DNA from: Paraspadella gotoi
Lineage: Eukaryota; Animalia; Chaetognatha
DNA length: 64,000 nt
NCBI GenBank assembly: GCA_051294375.1
Contig: CM119264.1
Span: 24,665,842-24,729,841, forward strand
Direction of reading: 5' to 3'
Shown here: piece after piece, positions 14,601-29,074 of the stretch
Layout: every line of letters starts with the position of its first letter
How positions within the stretch are numbered: the stretch's first letter is position 1
The notes under the pieces: model-generated
Databases searched by the model: none
Told to the model about the DNA's origin: nothing
What the model saw: only the letters and a program-made list of their open reading frames with translations
Program-made: the position numbers and the translations under genes

Positions 14601-17600
14601 GGAGAATAAAGGGGACGTTTGTAACGAAACAATTAAGTAGCAAAATGTAATAATAGATCTAGAAATTCGACCGGGGATTGTAATGAGGAATCAGAGAGGG
14701 AGAGACATTAGATTCAGGAATTAGAGAGGAAGAGGTAAATAAATGATAAAGAAGAAAGAAGGGAGAGATGACACCAGCAAGAATAATGAGGACAGAGAAA
14801 TCGGGAGAGAAGAGGGAGGGAAGAGAAAAGGAAGCAGAGAGAAATAAGAGTAAAAGAGAAAGGCAAACAGAGGAGGGAAAGGTTCAAGAGAGAAAAAAAT
14901 AGTGGAAAAAAATGGGAAAAAAAATTTTTAAAAAATAGCTTGCCGGTTTTTTGCCTAAGCTGTGTTATATCTAGAAAAAAAGGCAATAGATCTTGACGAA
15001 GGCCAATACTTAATCTTTTAAATTAGTTGCTCCTTACCATGAAAATTCGTTTTAGTTTCATTCTTAAGGTAAAAAGAAATGTAGTGTCTTACCGTATCTT
15101 TTCGAAAGCCATAGAAATTCACCCAGTTGAGTTCGATGTTATAGGGGAGAAATAACTATAGCCACAACCGGTTTTTTAAATTAAAGCGTTTTTAATATTT
15201 AATCAGTGAGAACAAAAGAAATAGAGTAGTTATATAGGTTCCAATTTATTGTTGATAACAATAGCCCGAATAGGACGTAATCACTGCCTAAGGTTATGTT
15301 TCAAATTCCGGGAATGTAAAAGCCTCAATATTATGGTCCCGGATGTCATCGCGGAATGTAGACTCAGACCCGAGCGTTCAAAACTTAAATTTCTAAAATA
15401 TCCGCGATCGTGTAACTTTCCTTTCGCGTTGTACGGTCGGTCACAGGCTCGCGCGCGCGCCCTCTCATCTCTCTACTCACATTCACGTGTTCGCTCTTTG
15501 GTGCTACGCCTTGCGTTCGGTGGCCACGTGTACACAGGTCCTGTTCATTTTTGACCCATTAATCTAGTTCGAAACGAATTGTCAGTTCTGTGGCCTCGAA
15601 GGATACGACTGGGCAGGTGTTTGTTCACGTTTAGTTTGTATGCGGTCTATCTCTCGGGGCATGTGTCGATCGTTGACTATCTGACTCCCTCGGCGTGCTG
15701 ACAAGTTACACAAATTCTGTTAAAACAAATAGACGACAACTGCTGCTACTCTACATCTCTTCGTGCTCTCTCTTGTCGTCAGTCTGATAAACTTCACTTT
15801 GGCTCTTGGGGAATAAGGAGCCCGATGATGACGTTCTCTATTTTGACTACCAATAGGTGGATTCCTCAGAACACCCCGAGATAGATAAAGTCATCGACCG
15901 AGTGGCTGTATGAATATTTTCGACCAGAGCCTCGACTTCACTACATGCTCGAGCATCCTGCAGACCCGAAAGCTCTCTCTGCTCTCCTCTCTCTCATCTC
16001 TCTTCTACCTCTCTCTCTAAGCTTGTGGACTTTAGCATTCCGCGAACAAAAGGAGACATGAGTTTACGTATAAATTTCAGCGATTCACATAATTAATGAA
16101 GACTCATTTTCTCTTTGATTTTGAAAGGCTGTCGCGGAATTCTATCACATTGGCCAAGATACCAAATATTTTGATAATATTCTCTCTCTCTCTCTCTCCT
16201 TTTCTCTTCTCTTCTCTTCATCTGTCTGTTCTTCTGCTCTCTGCACTTCTTTGCTCAATTGACTCTTGCTTCAAACACCCGATAGTTAGTCATCCCGACC
16301 GGGTGTTAAATATAATGGTCACGCCTTCCTCTCTCTCTCCTCTCTACATCTCTCCTTCTCGCAACTTCACAGATTTTGACCTCTGGTCACTCAACACACC
16401 CTGGATAGTTAAGTCATACCCTCGGACAGGTGTTAATATCACTCCTTCTTCTCTCCTCTCTCTACATCTCTGTCCTACTTTCTCTCTCTCTTCTCTTCAT
16501 CTTCTTTACGCTACATCTGTACATATCGTTCCCTTCTTCTACCGTACTTCCTTCATAAACCGAGGACGCGATCTCTCCTTTCAACGAGAACATTCATCGC
16601 TTAATCATTCGCGGGCATCAGGGTATAGGAATGAGAGATCGAATGTAGCAGATGGAATGCCAAAAGGATGAATGGAATGGGAAAAGGAGACGAAACGGAG
16701 AAAACAATAGAATTCGAAAGAGGATTCTCTATCTTTTTTTATTTGGTGCTTTCAGTTCTGTATTCCTCGGTAGACCCGACGCCCGGGACCCAAGTGGACC
16801 GGACGATTCAAGTTGAGGTCGACGACGGACGGAACGACGACTGTGACGACGACGGCGACTAAATTCGGAAGACAACTACAGTTATGTCAAATGGTGATGC
16901 ACCTGTTTGCAACGGTGTTTACCATATCGCGACAGGTAAGGACATGATGTCGGTTCCTTTCTTTCGGTCAGTCAGATTAAACGCCCCTCCGCTTACAAAC
17001 TTGCAACGAGAGAGCAGAAATAGAGAGGAAAGAGAGAAGAGAGCAAGAGGGAGAAGAGAGGACGAAGTAGAGAGAGAGAGAGAAGAGAGACGCAAGAACT
17101 GAGATAAAGATGACAAGGAGAGAGAGAAAGTCAGAAGAGAGAGACTCCACCGGGCTTTTTTGTTCGAGCATTCGAATTAAACGATGTTCGAACGATAATT
17201 TACGGCGACAGAATTATCGCCGAAATTTGACGTGAATATAATCCTCTCTAGCTCTCCTCATACGGCTCTATAGATATACTACTCTCTCTTCGGATGTGAG
17301 TCATCTGGCATCTATGACTCACATAGACTCTCCAAAACGGTAACCCGTTCTTCGCTCTCAGCTCTCTACCTCGTACGACGTCTCTATATCCTCATCTGCT
17401 CCTGCCTACATCTTGCTGTCTAATCCCCTCATGTCCAATCGTCCGCTCCCTCTTTGTTCGTGCCACTCAGTCAAGAGGTCCCTCTGTCCGTGTGAGGGGG
17501 GGGCGGTTGCGGGATGGCGTGGGGGGGGGGGGGCGGGGGGGGTGGTGGGGGTCATTTTTCTCTCACACTGTCCTTTTCTTTTCCATTGTCACTCGGGCGT

Positions 17601-20469
17601 CTTTGCCCGTCAATTTGGAATTGTCCTATGACTCTGTCCGTCTTCGTCTGTGTTGCGTTAAATCGCCCGTCCCGCATCGTCGTCGTTCTTCGCATCGCAG
17701 GTGTTCCAGGTGCTTGCTTCTGTTTACTGCTGTCTTTATCGTTTGCTCTATGTACGGGATTACCTCTCTTGGTCTTTCAGACGCCAATCGTGTCGGGTAT
17801 TCAATGTTTTCTAGGGAACTATAAAACAATTTATCTATCCTTAAAGAATAGAGTGTCTGGTAGAAAATAATAATTTCTTCAAAGTAAATAAGGTTTTTGT
17901 TGCTTTGTCTTCCTGAAGTATTTCTCGCGGAGGATTGTATCGAACTATTAGTTTGCTCAATGCGTTGCAGATGTTTCTAACGTTTTCAGGTGGGTCAGAA
18001 GTACGTAGTCTCTCGTTTTGCTCGAGTGTTAATATTTTTTGTTCTCTGTCGCTCTCGTTTCTCTATCGTTTGTCACTGCCATAGTCTTATTTTTTTTCGT
18101 TTGTCCCTTCTTTCCTGTGTCGCATGGTTATTTATTCGTCGTCTAACCATGTTTCTGTCGTGTTTTTTTTAAATTACCTCATTTCGTACATCGTTTTCTA
18201 TCGTTCTCTCCCCTTTCCGTTCTCTCACGAGTTGCACCGGTGTGTGAGCGACGTATATAGTCGAGGACCTCGACGATCTGTTGACGTTCTTAGACAAAAC
18301 CCGCCGTCGCTCTTCGATTACATTTTTTCGAACTTCCCTTCAATTGAGCTCTGATGAGACTTGAGCATCTTTCTCGAGGTTTCTGGGATGATGTCTTTTC
18401 ATGAATTGAACGAATGGGACGTTCAATCTAGGGAATATTAATCGAACTGCGAGGAATATATTATATGTATTTCCCAAGAAGGGTAATATATAAGTGGTAT
18501 TGATTACCAATATCATTATAAAGCGAGTTTTATTTTTTCTTGGGAGGACTATAATCTCAAGCACAAATTGGAACCAGGAATTCCCCATTTGCTCTTATAA
18601 TTAAGTTGAGGTGGTTGAGGGGACGGGGAGAATTGGGAAAGAGAGAACCAAAGACGGATGAGAATTGAGGAGAGAGAGAGAGAAGAGGAATTAGGACATG
18701 AGTGTCCGTGATTCGGTTGATGGAGAACTGTCAAGTGGAAAACCTAATCCGTCCTCCAAATTGTGTAAGCACTGAAAATGAGCTTATCATTTTACTTTCA
18801 CTAAATAATCTGTGACCGGTAGATCTCGCAGGACAGAAGCTCTCGCTAACGGTAGAGACGAGAGGATATATCTGACTTGTGATCTACAGTATATAAGTAT
18901 AAGACATATATTACAAATTATTCCCGCTAATCATTCATCTAGTTGTACATGTATTCTAGTTTCCACCAATATTATCGACAAAACAGGAAGTAAACAAGCT
19001 TATAGAATTCGCGATTACATTATTTGTTTCGCTAAGCTTCACGTTTTAGACTTGAAAGAGAAATATGATTCTATATCAGAGAGAGACATACATTGAGACA
19101 CCATGAGCAGACCGAGCCCAGAAAAAAATGCAAAAAAAAGGAACAAAACTTCAAGATATAAAAAAAAGAAAAAAGTGAATTCTTTCACTCACTCGTCTCT
19201 TGCTCTTGGACGAAAACTTTCAGAAGAATATTTTCGAAGTATCATTTTCTAACAGAGATAGGCTTTTTTTTTCGATCATTGCACCACACACACCCAACGG
19301 TACTTCCGCCAGGCAAAAAACACATTCCTTCGCATCGCAAGCGGATCGTCTCTGAATGATATTCAAACGAGACTACTCTCTACTCTCTCTCTCTCTCCGT
19401 CTTCTCCTCTGCTGTCTCTCTCTGATCGGGGATAATCAGACCTCTCCTCGCTCCACTCAGCAATCTCTCGTAGCTCTGCACATACTACTTAACTCTCTCT
19501 CCCTCCACATGCGCCTAAACACTCTCCCGATACAAAACCAGTCACCGCAAATCTACACCACTCACGACCACTGAACCTATACACACAAATTCTACCTCGC
19601 CAGCACCAATATACTTACTCGGTAAGAGGAAAAATGCTATAAAACAAAAGGACTTGGTACGTCTCTTAAAAAAAGGAACCCTTCTCTTACTACAGAAAAC
19701 ACTAAAAAGGTTCTTTATAGGTCCGCCGGAGGATTTTCGTTTTCTCATATTAACATATCGGGACCAAACTACTCATTCACAGTTAGAGGTTTCTCGCGAG
19801 AATGTTCAATTAGTTCACACGACAACGTAAAATCGCTCATACAGATACGACCTGTCCACAAGAGGTATTCAGGCGGACGTCCCATTCATTCTTCTTTTTC
19901 AGGTTTTATGTTATTAGAAAGATAAATAAAGAAAGTGTTTGAAAATGTTCTAATAATAACTAACTAATTAAAATGATATGTTTATAATCTTATAAAACCT
20001 AGGATTAATGTCCAAAAGAATATAAAAGGTTAAAAGTAAAACCAAAGTGCTCGGAGGTATACTCTATTTAACTCTCTCAAATCGTTTTTAAAATAAAGAT
20101 TAGTACTCTTATATCATCAGTGTATTATTACTTATTTGACCATTTTAAGAGTATCCTCATTTCCCCGACATTAGCCTCTTACTTAATATGGTAATAAGCA
20201 ACCCTGTCAACAAGATCAAAGACTCAAAGTAATCTCTGAATTATCTATTTTCTTATCTTCACTTTTCATTTTCCCTTTTTTCCTTTTTCACTTCCAAATC
20301 AGGTCTTACCGACCAAAACACGACTGCCATTTCCGTAAATATCCTTTTTTTTCCCCACCCCTGTTTTGGGTGCGTCTTCAACTTTTACCGCTGTGCGGTT
20401 TTTTTTCCCTAAATTTTACTATTTCTCTACTTTTTTCTGCATAGTTAATGCATACTAAACAACCTTCAA

Positions 20470-20537
<68 letters not shown>

Positions 20538-20830
20538 CCAATTCTCCCGTCCACCAACCAACAAACTTATTTATTAGATTCAAATTGAATTCTGTTTCCA
20601 ATTTGTTGTTAGCTCCAGAAAAAATCTGTTTTCTCTGGGAAATTTCCATTCGCAGAAGAAAAAGGGAGGAGAAGAAGAGGGAAGAAAAAGGAAGAAAGGA
20701 AAAAGAAAGAGAGAAAAAAAATAAAAGGATTAAAAGAAGAAAAGAAAGAAAAAAAAAGAGAAAAAAAATCTTTGAAAACGTCGACCTCCCGAATTCCGAC
20801 ATAACTCATCCGAATCTTCAACAGAAGAAA
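11640..20830 (-). repeat. Patchwork of noisy, mostly inverted re-copies of 22.4-27.75 kb
   Basis: 11.64-12.56 kb ~ rc 27.05-27.74 kb; 13.15-13.5 kb ~ rc 26.4-26.7 kb; 15.3-15.5 kb ~ rc 26.24-26.4 kb; 16.56-16.87 kb ~ rc 25.33-25.6 kb; 17.4-18.3 kb ~ rc 24.6-25.15 kb; 20.4-20.83 kb ~ rc 22.81-23.2 kb; 16.95-17.25 kb direct ~ 22.37-22.63 kb. Confidence 0.8.
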
Positions 20831-22476
20831 AAGAAACAAAACTCTATTTATAAATTATTGTATTATTGTGAGATGCTCCCTCTCTCCCCTCTCTCGAGCC
20901 TGGTTGGTCCCACAGTTAGGGGACTGCGGCTTCCTAGGGCATGGATAATTTGATATATGAGAAAGCCGAGCATTAAGGTTGCACCTCGATCTTAAAGAAA
21001 AATACCGCAGCGGCAGAGAACTCCCAGCTCCACATCGATACTCTAAAGAGGTAAAAATAACATGCGTCGAACCATTGGGTTAGTTCCGTGAAACCTCTCT
21101 AGAGTCGACTCGACTTCTCTCTACGGGGCGACGTCTGAGGTAAGGGGGAAAGTTTCTCGTGTTCTTTCTGAAGGCCTAAGTATTGTCTTGGTTGTCCGCC
21201 GGTGTTGAAAACATTTCTCGACTGAGGGTCGAGGCGAGGAGACGTGCTACTAGTTGAGATCGCTCCAAGACAGTCCACGCCGTGGACATTGGTCGACTCT
21301 CGATGCACGAGCAAGGAAAGGGGCCTCCGAGAGCGAGGATGGTACCCAGATGGCGGACTGCGGGCCTTCAAACTCACCGGTAAATGCGATGATATGAGTG
21401 ACGACAAGAAGACGACATTTTCGAGCGGAGTAAGTGTCTGGGAGATGCCACGGAGAAGAGATCGAGGAACTCGAGACTACGTGCTTCAAACGCGACGTCT
21501 GCAGGTAATAGTCGATGGAATTCAAGTTCCGTTTTCTCACTTGTGTATCCGTACTCCTACCGACTGACTTTCTCTCTCGGTTGTTCGCGTGCGCGGAAAA
21601 TAAAATTTAATCTAAATTCCGGAATTTAAATAAACTTGATTATGAAAGGTAAAAGCAGAAGAGGAGGAGGAGGAGGAGGTGAAGAAAATTGAAATCTTTG
21701 GCAGGAGTGTCAGGGGACACAGTGATGGTGGCAGCGGTGCTAGGGGTGGTGGCGGTAGGGTTGTCGAAATGGTGTGGCCAGGGGTGACGGCAGGGTTGTC
21801 GCAGTGGGGTATCGGCAGGGTGAAGAATTGACGGCGCTGAAAGTGAAATTTGTTAAAAAAAAGAGACAACTTGAAACTGGGCTTCTTTGGCAGTGAAATA
21901 TTGGTCTTCGGGGAAAAAGAGCGATGAGATTTTTTAACAAATGATTCTGAGAAATGAGGAGATTTGCCAGAGCGAGATTCGCTACAGCGAGATCCGCCAG
22001 ACCGAAAGTCGCTTTAAAAGTGGAAGTCGAAAAAGAAAGATTCGTAAAATCGGGAATTCTACATATCTTACATGAAGATCATTTTCTTTTTATTAGAAGG
22101 GCTGGGTCGAGGGATTTTTATCACGATTGGGCAAGATACCAAATTTATTTGATTAATTTGTTTTTATTATTGGATTTTTTTATTGAATTATCATGTTATA
22201 TCTAGTACTTAAAACTTTAAGTCATTCCAGTCATCTTATTTTTACGTAATATACTACGGCTTTTAAAGTTATCGCAGAAATAAACTTTAATTTTAGAACT
22301 TACGTTTTGACTTACTGGTGTTTCAACTGTTCACTTTCGGTTTTCAATGAACAGTTTAAGACAACTTTGATGTCGGCTCCTTTCTTTTCGGTCAGTCAGA
22401 TTAAACGCCCCTCGTTAAAACTTGCCAACGAGAGAGAGAAAGAGAGGATAGAAGAGAGAGAGAGAGAGAGAGAGAT

Positions 22477-22534
<58 letters not shown>

Positions 22535-22620
22535 CACCGGCCTTTTTGTTCGAGATCGAGATTAAACGATGTTCGAACGAATTTACGGCGACAGAATATC
22601 GCCGAAATTGACGTGAATAT

Positions 22621-22660
<40 letters not shown>

Positions 22661-23093
22661 TCCACTCTCCCTCTCTCCCCAAAGGTTCGAGGTGTTTCTT
22701 TAATGCCTGCGGTTTTCCGTTTTTTCTTAAAGATGAAAGGTGATTATTGTCAGGAAAAAAAAGAAAGAAAATAAAAGAAAATAAATAAAAATTAAGTTTT
22801 TTTCTTTTTCTCCTTTGAAGATTCGGATGAGTTATGTCGGAATTCGGGGGAGGTCGACGTTTTCAAGATTTTTTTTTCTCTTTTTTTTTATTTCTTTTTC
22901 TTTCTTTTTAATCCTTTTATTTTTTTCTCTCTTTCTTTCCTTTCTTTCCTTTTTCTTCCTCTTCTTCTCCTCCCTTTTCTTCTGCGGAATGGAAATTTCC
23001 CAGAGAAAACAGATTTTTCTGGAGCTAACAACAAATTGGAACAGAATTCAATTTGAATCTATAATAAGTTTGTTGGTTGGGGACGGGAGAATT

Positions 23094-23130
<37 letters not shown>

Positions 23131-23572
23131 AGGTTGTTTAAGTATGCATTACTATGCAGAAAAAAGTAGAGAAATAGTAAATTTAAGGGAAAAAAAACCG
23201 CAGCGTTAAAGTTGAAAGACCACCCCAGGTGAAAAGGATATTACGGAAATGCAGTCGTGTTTGGTCGGTAAGACCTGATTTGAGTGAAAAAAGGAAAAAA
23301 AAGGGAAAAAAAGGGGAAAAAAAAGAAAACAGGATCGATCTCGCGGGACCAGAGGCATGCGTTATTTAAAGTTAAGTAAAGTAAACACTTTTATTTAAAA
23401 CGATTTAATTAATGAGATACCGAGATTTTTTACTTTCCTTTATATTTTTGCATGTTCATCAATTTTATTAATATTTATATAGAACATTTTCAAAACTTTT
23501 TTCAACAAAACTAAAAAAAATGAGGAATGACGATTTAAAAATTCTCGCTAAAACCAAATTTGATTTTGTTAT

Positions 23573-23830
23573 AAAACAAATCGGCGGCATAAAAAATTTA
23601 TTAAGAGGCCAAAACAAGGTTATTAAAAGAAAATTTGAGCGAGAAAGGGAGAGGGAGAAAAAAAAAAAAAAAAAAAATGAAAGCATGCGACCGCATTTTA
23701 AAAAATTTCTCGCGAAAATCCAAATTTGGAATTTGTATAAAAACAAACGGCGGCATAAAAGAAATTTATTAAGAGCCAAAACCAGGTTCTATTAAAAGAA
23801 AATTTGAGCGAGAAAGGGAGAGGGAGAGAG
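23573..23830. repeat. Local tandem duplication with a ~170-bp period
   Basis: aaacaaa.cggcggcataaaa..atttattaagag.ccaaaac...attaaaagaaaatttgagcgagaa.gggagagggag occurs twice. Confidence 0.8.
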
Positions 23831-25343
23831 AGAGAGAGATGAGACGAGACGAGAGGAGGGAGGGAGAGAGAGACGAGAGAGAGGAGAGAGAGTTATATAG
23901 AGACGCCCCTCATTTGCTGCATGCGNNNNNNNNNNNNNNNNNNNNNNNNNTGATGCAAGCGATTTTGCGTATGTTTTGAGATCGAAAAACATCCGTTAGA
24001 AATGAACCGAAATTCTTCTGAAAGTTTTCTCAAGAAAACGAGTGAGTGAAGAATTCACTTTTTTCTTTTTTTTTATTCTTGAAGTTTTTTTCTTTTTTTA
24101 AATTTTTTTCTTCTCTCTCATGGGCTCATGATGCGATAAGAATATATTTTTTTCAAGTCGGAAGCGCGAGAAAAAAATGTAATCGGATATAAGTGTTTAC
24201 TTCGTTTTGCAGATAATATTGTGGAAACATAATAAATACCTAATGATGATTAGCGGGAATATTGTAATATATTTTTATGTAGATAAAGTCAGTATACTGT
24301 TATACTGATACGGTCAAATATTTATGATAAATGATAACATTTAGCTTAACATTTAACAATTTTTCCACTTGAATTCTAAACCGAATCATATTAATCATTC
24401 TCAATTACGTCTTTGGTTTTGATCAATATTCCCAATAACGCTTTATAAAATTGGTACAACCACTATATATTATTTTATACAATAATAATTCCTCGAGTTC
24501 GATTAATATTCCTAATAACGTTTTAATTAATAAAAGACATTCCCCCTCAGTCTCATCTCATCAGACTCAATTAGGATTCGCAAATAATCGCGCGGCTTTT
24601 GTCTTCGTCGTCGTCGAGTCCTCGCTTCGTCCTCTCCCCGTCCTCGTGAGGACGACGACGATGACGACGACGATGATGAATCAGGCGACGACAATGTTAG
24701 CGACGATAATACCTGCGACCAGGAAGATGACAACGAAAAAAATAGCTAGTGGCAGTGACAACGATAGCGAACAGGACAAAAATTAAACCGAACATGAACA
24801 TTTGAACATGAAAATTGAACATGAACATTGAACATAGTTGAACCTGAATAACAACAACAACTTTGGAATTATACAAGACACTACGAGGATAGTAAAGACG
24901 ACGACGATTGGCGACGAAGAAAAATACGACAGCGACGACGACGACGACGACGAAAACGACGACGACGGAGACGGCGATTAACGCAAACAAACGAGACGAC
25001 AAAACAAGGACAATTCAAATGACGGCGACGCCCGGACAATGGGAGGAAAAAAAAGGACATTGAGAGAAAAAAATGTCACACGGACAGAGGGACTCTTGAC
25101 TGAGTGGCACGAACAAAGAGGGAGACGGACGATTGGACTGAGGGGATTAGACACCTTGGCGTCTGGTCGTCGTCGTCGTCGTCGTCGAGGTAGAAGTTGA
25201 CATGACGGTCTTTTTGGTCTTTTTGTCATTGTCATCTCATCCCATTATATCTTAGCCGTATGAGCTATTCATATTCTTGTCATATTTGTCTCAGTCGGTC
25301 TGTCATCCTCCTCTTTGTCGTTGTCTTCGTTTAGTCGTCGTCG

Positions 25344-25380
<37 letters not shown>

Positions 25381-25660
25381 CCTCCTTGTCGTCGTCATTG
25401 TCCCGGGCGTCGGGTCTACGAGGACAACAGACGAAAGACAAAAAAAAAGTGGAATCCTCTTCGTCTTTGTTTTCTCCGTTCGTCTCCTTTTCCATTCCAT
25501 TCATCCTTGGCATTCATCTCTCATTCATCTCTCATTCATCCCTGATGCCCGCGATGATTAGCGATGAATGTCTCTCGTTGAAAGGGAAGATCGTCTACGG
25601 TTTGAGAGAATAGAACAAGGGAACAACAGAGAGAGAGAGAGTAAGAGACGAGAGAGAGGA

Positions 25661-26082
25661 GTGAATATTAACCAACCGTCGGGATGACTACTATCGGGTG
25701 TTGACCAGATCATAGAGCGAGAGGACAGAGAGAGACAGACATGAGAGAGAGAGAGAGAGAGAGAAGAGAGACGCAGAGAGAGAGAGCCAGAGATGAGAGA
25801 GGACGTGAATATTAACACCGTCGGGATGACTACTATCGGGGTGTGAGCCGCAGAGCAAGCAGGAAGGAACGAGAGAGCAGAAGGAAGAGAGAGAGAGAAA
25901 GAGAGAGAGAGGCGTGAATATAACACCGTCGGGATGACTACTATCGGGGTGTTGAGCCCAGAGCTGAGCGAGAGGAGAGAGACGGACAGACATCGAGAGA
26001 GAGAGAAAGGAGAGAGAGAGAGGAGAGAGAGAGGAGGTGTGAATATTAACACCATCGGGATGACTACTATCGGGGGTGTTGA
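25661..26082 (+). repeat. Four ~42-bp direct repeats separated by variable (AG)-rich spacers
   Basis: GTGAATATTAACACCGTCGGGATGACTACTATCGGGGTGTTGA at about 25661, 25805, 25914 and 26039; noisy inverted copies at about 16274-16312 and 16394-16441. Confidence 0.85.
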
Positions 26083-26126
26083 ACCCAGAGGAGAGAGACG
26101 AAGGAGAGAGAGAAGAGAGGAGAGAG

Positions 26127-26158
<32 letters not shown>

Positions 26159-28102
26159 CGAGAGAGTTGACAAGTTTGACGAATGACGTTTAGATTTGGG
26201 TCAAAAAAATGGAAGGATGGTAAGTGCGAGAGGCAAAGACGCGAACACGTGAATGTGAGTAGAGAGATGAGAGGGTGAGAGAACGCGATGGAAAGTTACA
26301 CGATCCGGATATTTTAGAATTTAAGTTTTGAAGTCGGATTCACTACATCCCGCGATGACATCCGGGACCATAATATTTGGCTTTTACATCCGGAATTTGA
26401 CATCCTTAACATCCAGATTAAAACTCTAAATTCTCGCCTTACAATTACGATGGTTAAAGTGGTGCAAAGAGATAAAAAACGAGCGTCAAAAGTTGAATAT
26501 TAATGACTGATCAAAGAAAGAAAAAAAAAGGTTTTGTTCGTTTTTATCGATGTCGTCAAAAGATGAATGAGCGAAATTGAATGGTTCAATGAAGCGAATG
26601 ATGAATCATTGTGAAAATTAAACTTTTGGCAAGGTTTAAACGATGAGATGAATTAATCAAGGGAAATTTCAGTTAGACAGTAATATAGCGGAACATTCGG
26701 TTGGATTAGTTTTAGTCTTTTAATTAGATTGTAAAATAATAATAATAAAAAAAAAACTTTTTTTTTGTTTCGTTGTTTTTTATTATCTTGTTTTTCTAGT
26801 CTATTGCTTCCTTTATCATTCTATTTGATTTACATGTTTACCTTTAGTTGCAGAGTAAGCTTTCTCTTTTTGCTCAGTTTCTTTTTTTTCTTTTGCTTTT
26901 TTCCCCCTTGTCTTTTTGCCTTTTTTTTTCGTATAAAATGGCTTTTCCTGCCTGTCCTTTGCTTCGTCCTGCTTTATCTTTCCCGCGCGATTTGAATAAC
27001 GGGCGACCCTTTGCATCACGTCAGGCGATTTATGCGCGGAAGACCTAACCGCCGCTGCCGCTGCCGCAGCCGCCGCTCCTGCCGGCACCACCTCCGCCAT
27101 ACGCCGCCGCCTCGCCGCCGCCCCGCCGCCGCTTCACCACGTTTCGCCGATACAAAGGAGAATCCGGCTTAACATTATCTGGACAAAACCTTTCAGTGAG
27201 GCTTGTCCTTCGGGAGATGATCCAAGAGGGCTCTTCACATGGAGATCCCTCGTTATTTCGTTTGGGTATTGTTTTTAAAAATAGAAACAAACGTCTGCGT
27301 TACCGATATTGTAAAATATAAATATCCGTATTAACATAAATCTCTCTAGAAAACGACGGAATTCAGAAATAAGGAAATTTAAGGCAAAACAGTTTTCATA
27401 CAAATCGCGGTGTCAAAACGATTTCCCTTTGACGCTTTCCTCTCTATTTTCTTTTCTCATCTCCTCGGCACTTTTAATATTTAACTTCACACTCACCTTC
27501 CCATTTCTGTTCAATTTCAATTCAACTTTATGGTTCTCTTTTCGAAAGTCACCCGGTTATTGTTCTTTAATCCACATACCTAAGTTTTATATTAATATCT
27601 TAATCTATTACCAAACCTCAAAACCGAATCTTTTGCCTTAATCCTTAATCATTAAACCCTAAACCTACGCCCTAATCCTAAACTCTAATCCATAACCCTA
27701 ACAGCTAACTGAATTGTTAAATAAAAAAAAATTAATTTAATTCCGAATTTAAGATGAAATGAGGCTCTTAGGGAAAATATGGCCTACTTTTCCTGTCTAC
27801 GTTTTCACCCACAACCAACTTCTCTTCTCTCTGTCTCTCCTCCCCCTTAATGCTTAACTTCATCATTGACTCCCTTTACTCCTCTCTTCTTCCTCCTGAT
27901 TCTTTCATTCCAACTTCTCACACCCACCTCCCCTACCCACCAATCCCTACCCTTCTCTCACCCGAGATCCTTTCCCGTTTTCTCACCCTCAGGATTCGAG
28001 AGACATTCATCTTCTTTCGCTCCATGAGTTTCGCGGTTCACAATCGTTGGTCTTTCCTCACCCACCCAGTCTCTTATCATCTTCCCATTGAACGGAGAGA
28101 CT

Positions 28103-28195
<93 letters not shown>

Positions 28196-28302
28196 AGACT
28201 AAATTGAGCGTGCGAGCTAAGGAATAGGAGAAAGGAAAGGATAATTTTGGACGATTGGCGTTTGAATGGGTCATAGAATATAACCTGGTCGAGGCATACT
28301 CT

Positions 28303-28494
<192 letters not shown>

Positions 28495-28904
28495 CTATCT
28501 CCTTTTCGAAAGAGAACCGTCGGGACAGCGTTTCATTATCATCGAAAGGAGAGACGAATCTTCTGGGTTCATCGCTCTGAAAGTTAAAAGATTTTCTTCT
28601 TTGATCGCGTTTTGCTGATTTTTTCTTTTACTTTATTATTCTTTTCTCAGACTTTGTTCGTCATTAATTTTTCGTGTTTTGACTAAATTATGTCTTGCTG
28701 CTTCTGGGTGAATCCGAAGCTGTCACGATATTGCTAAAGAAAAATAAAAAAACCGTTATCTACTGAGCTTAATAATGATGGATCAACAACCAATAAGCAA
28801 TCAATCAATAAGCAATCAACAAGCAGTATACAGTCACCAGACAATCGCCTAACTCTGCGCTGTTGTCAGCTTTGGATTGAACAGAGGAAGGACATCCGCC
28901 GCGC

Positions 28905-28920
28905 GGCCGCCGCCGCCGCC

Positions 28921-28960
<40 letters not shown>
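28905..28960. repeat. (GCC)n microsatellite
   Basis: Near-perfect GCC run; noisy duplicate at 31466-31530. Confidence 0.9.
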
Positions 28961-28962
<2 letters not shown>

Positions 28963-29074
28963 ACTCTAACCGGCGGCCAATCGCGATGAGCGGCGGAACA
29001 TTCGTCTGCATCTCAACTAAGGAGAAAATGGAATTCCCGAGACTGAATTTGGGAGAACGGGGAAAGGGGGGGCA

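Noticed and set aside
25661-26082. 42-bp repeats as a true CRISPR array
   Set aside because: Spacers are (AG)-microsatellite of irregular length, and there are no cas genes.
27650-27710. Interstitial telomeric (CCCTAA)n repeat
   Set aside because: Only a few scattered, degenerate hexamers; not a supportable array.
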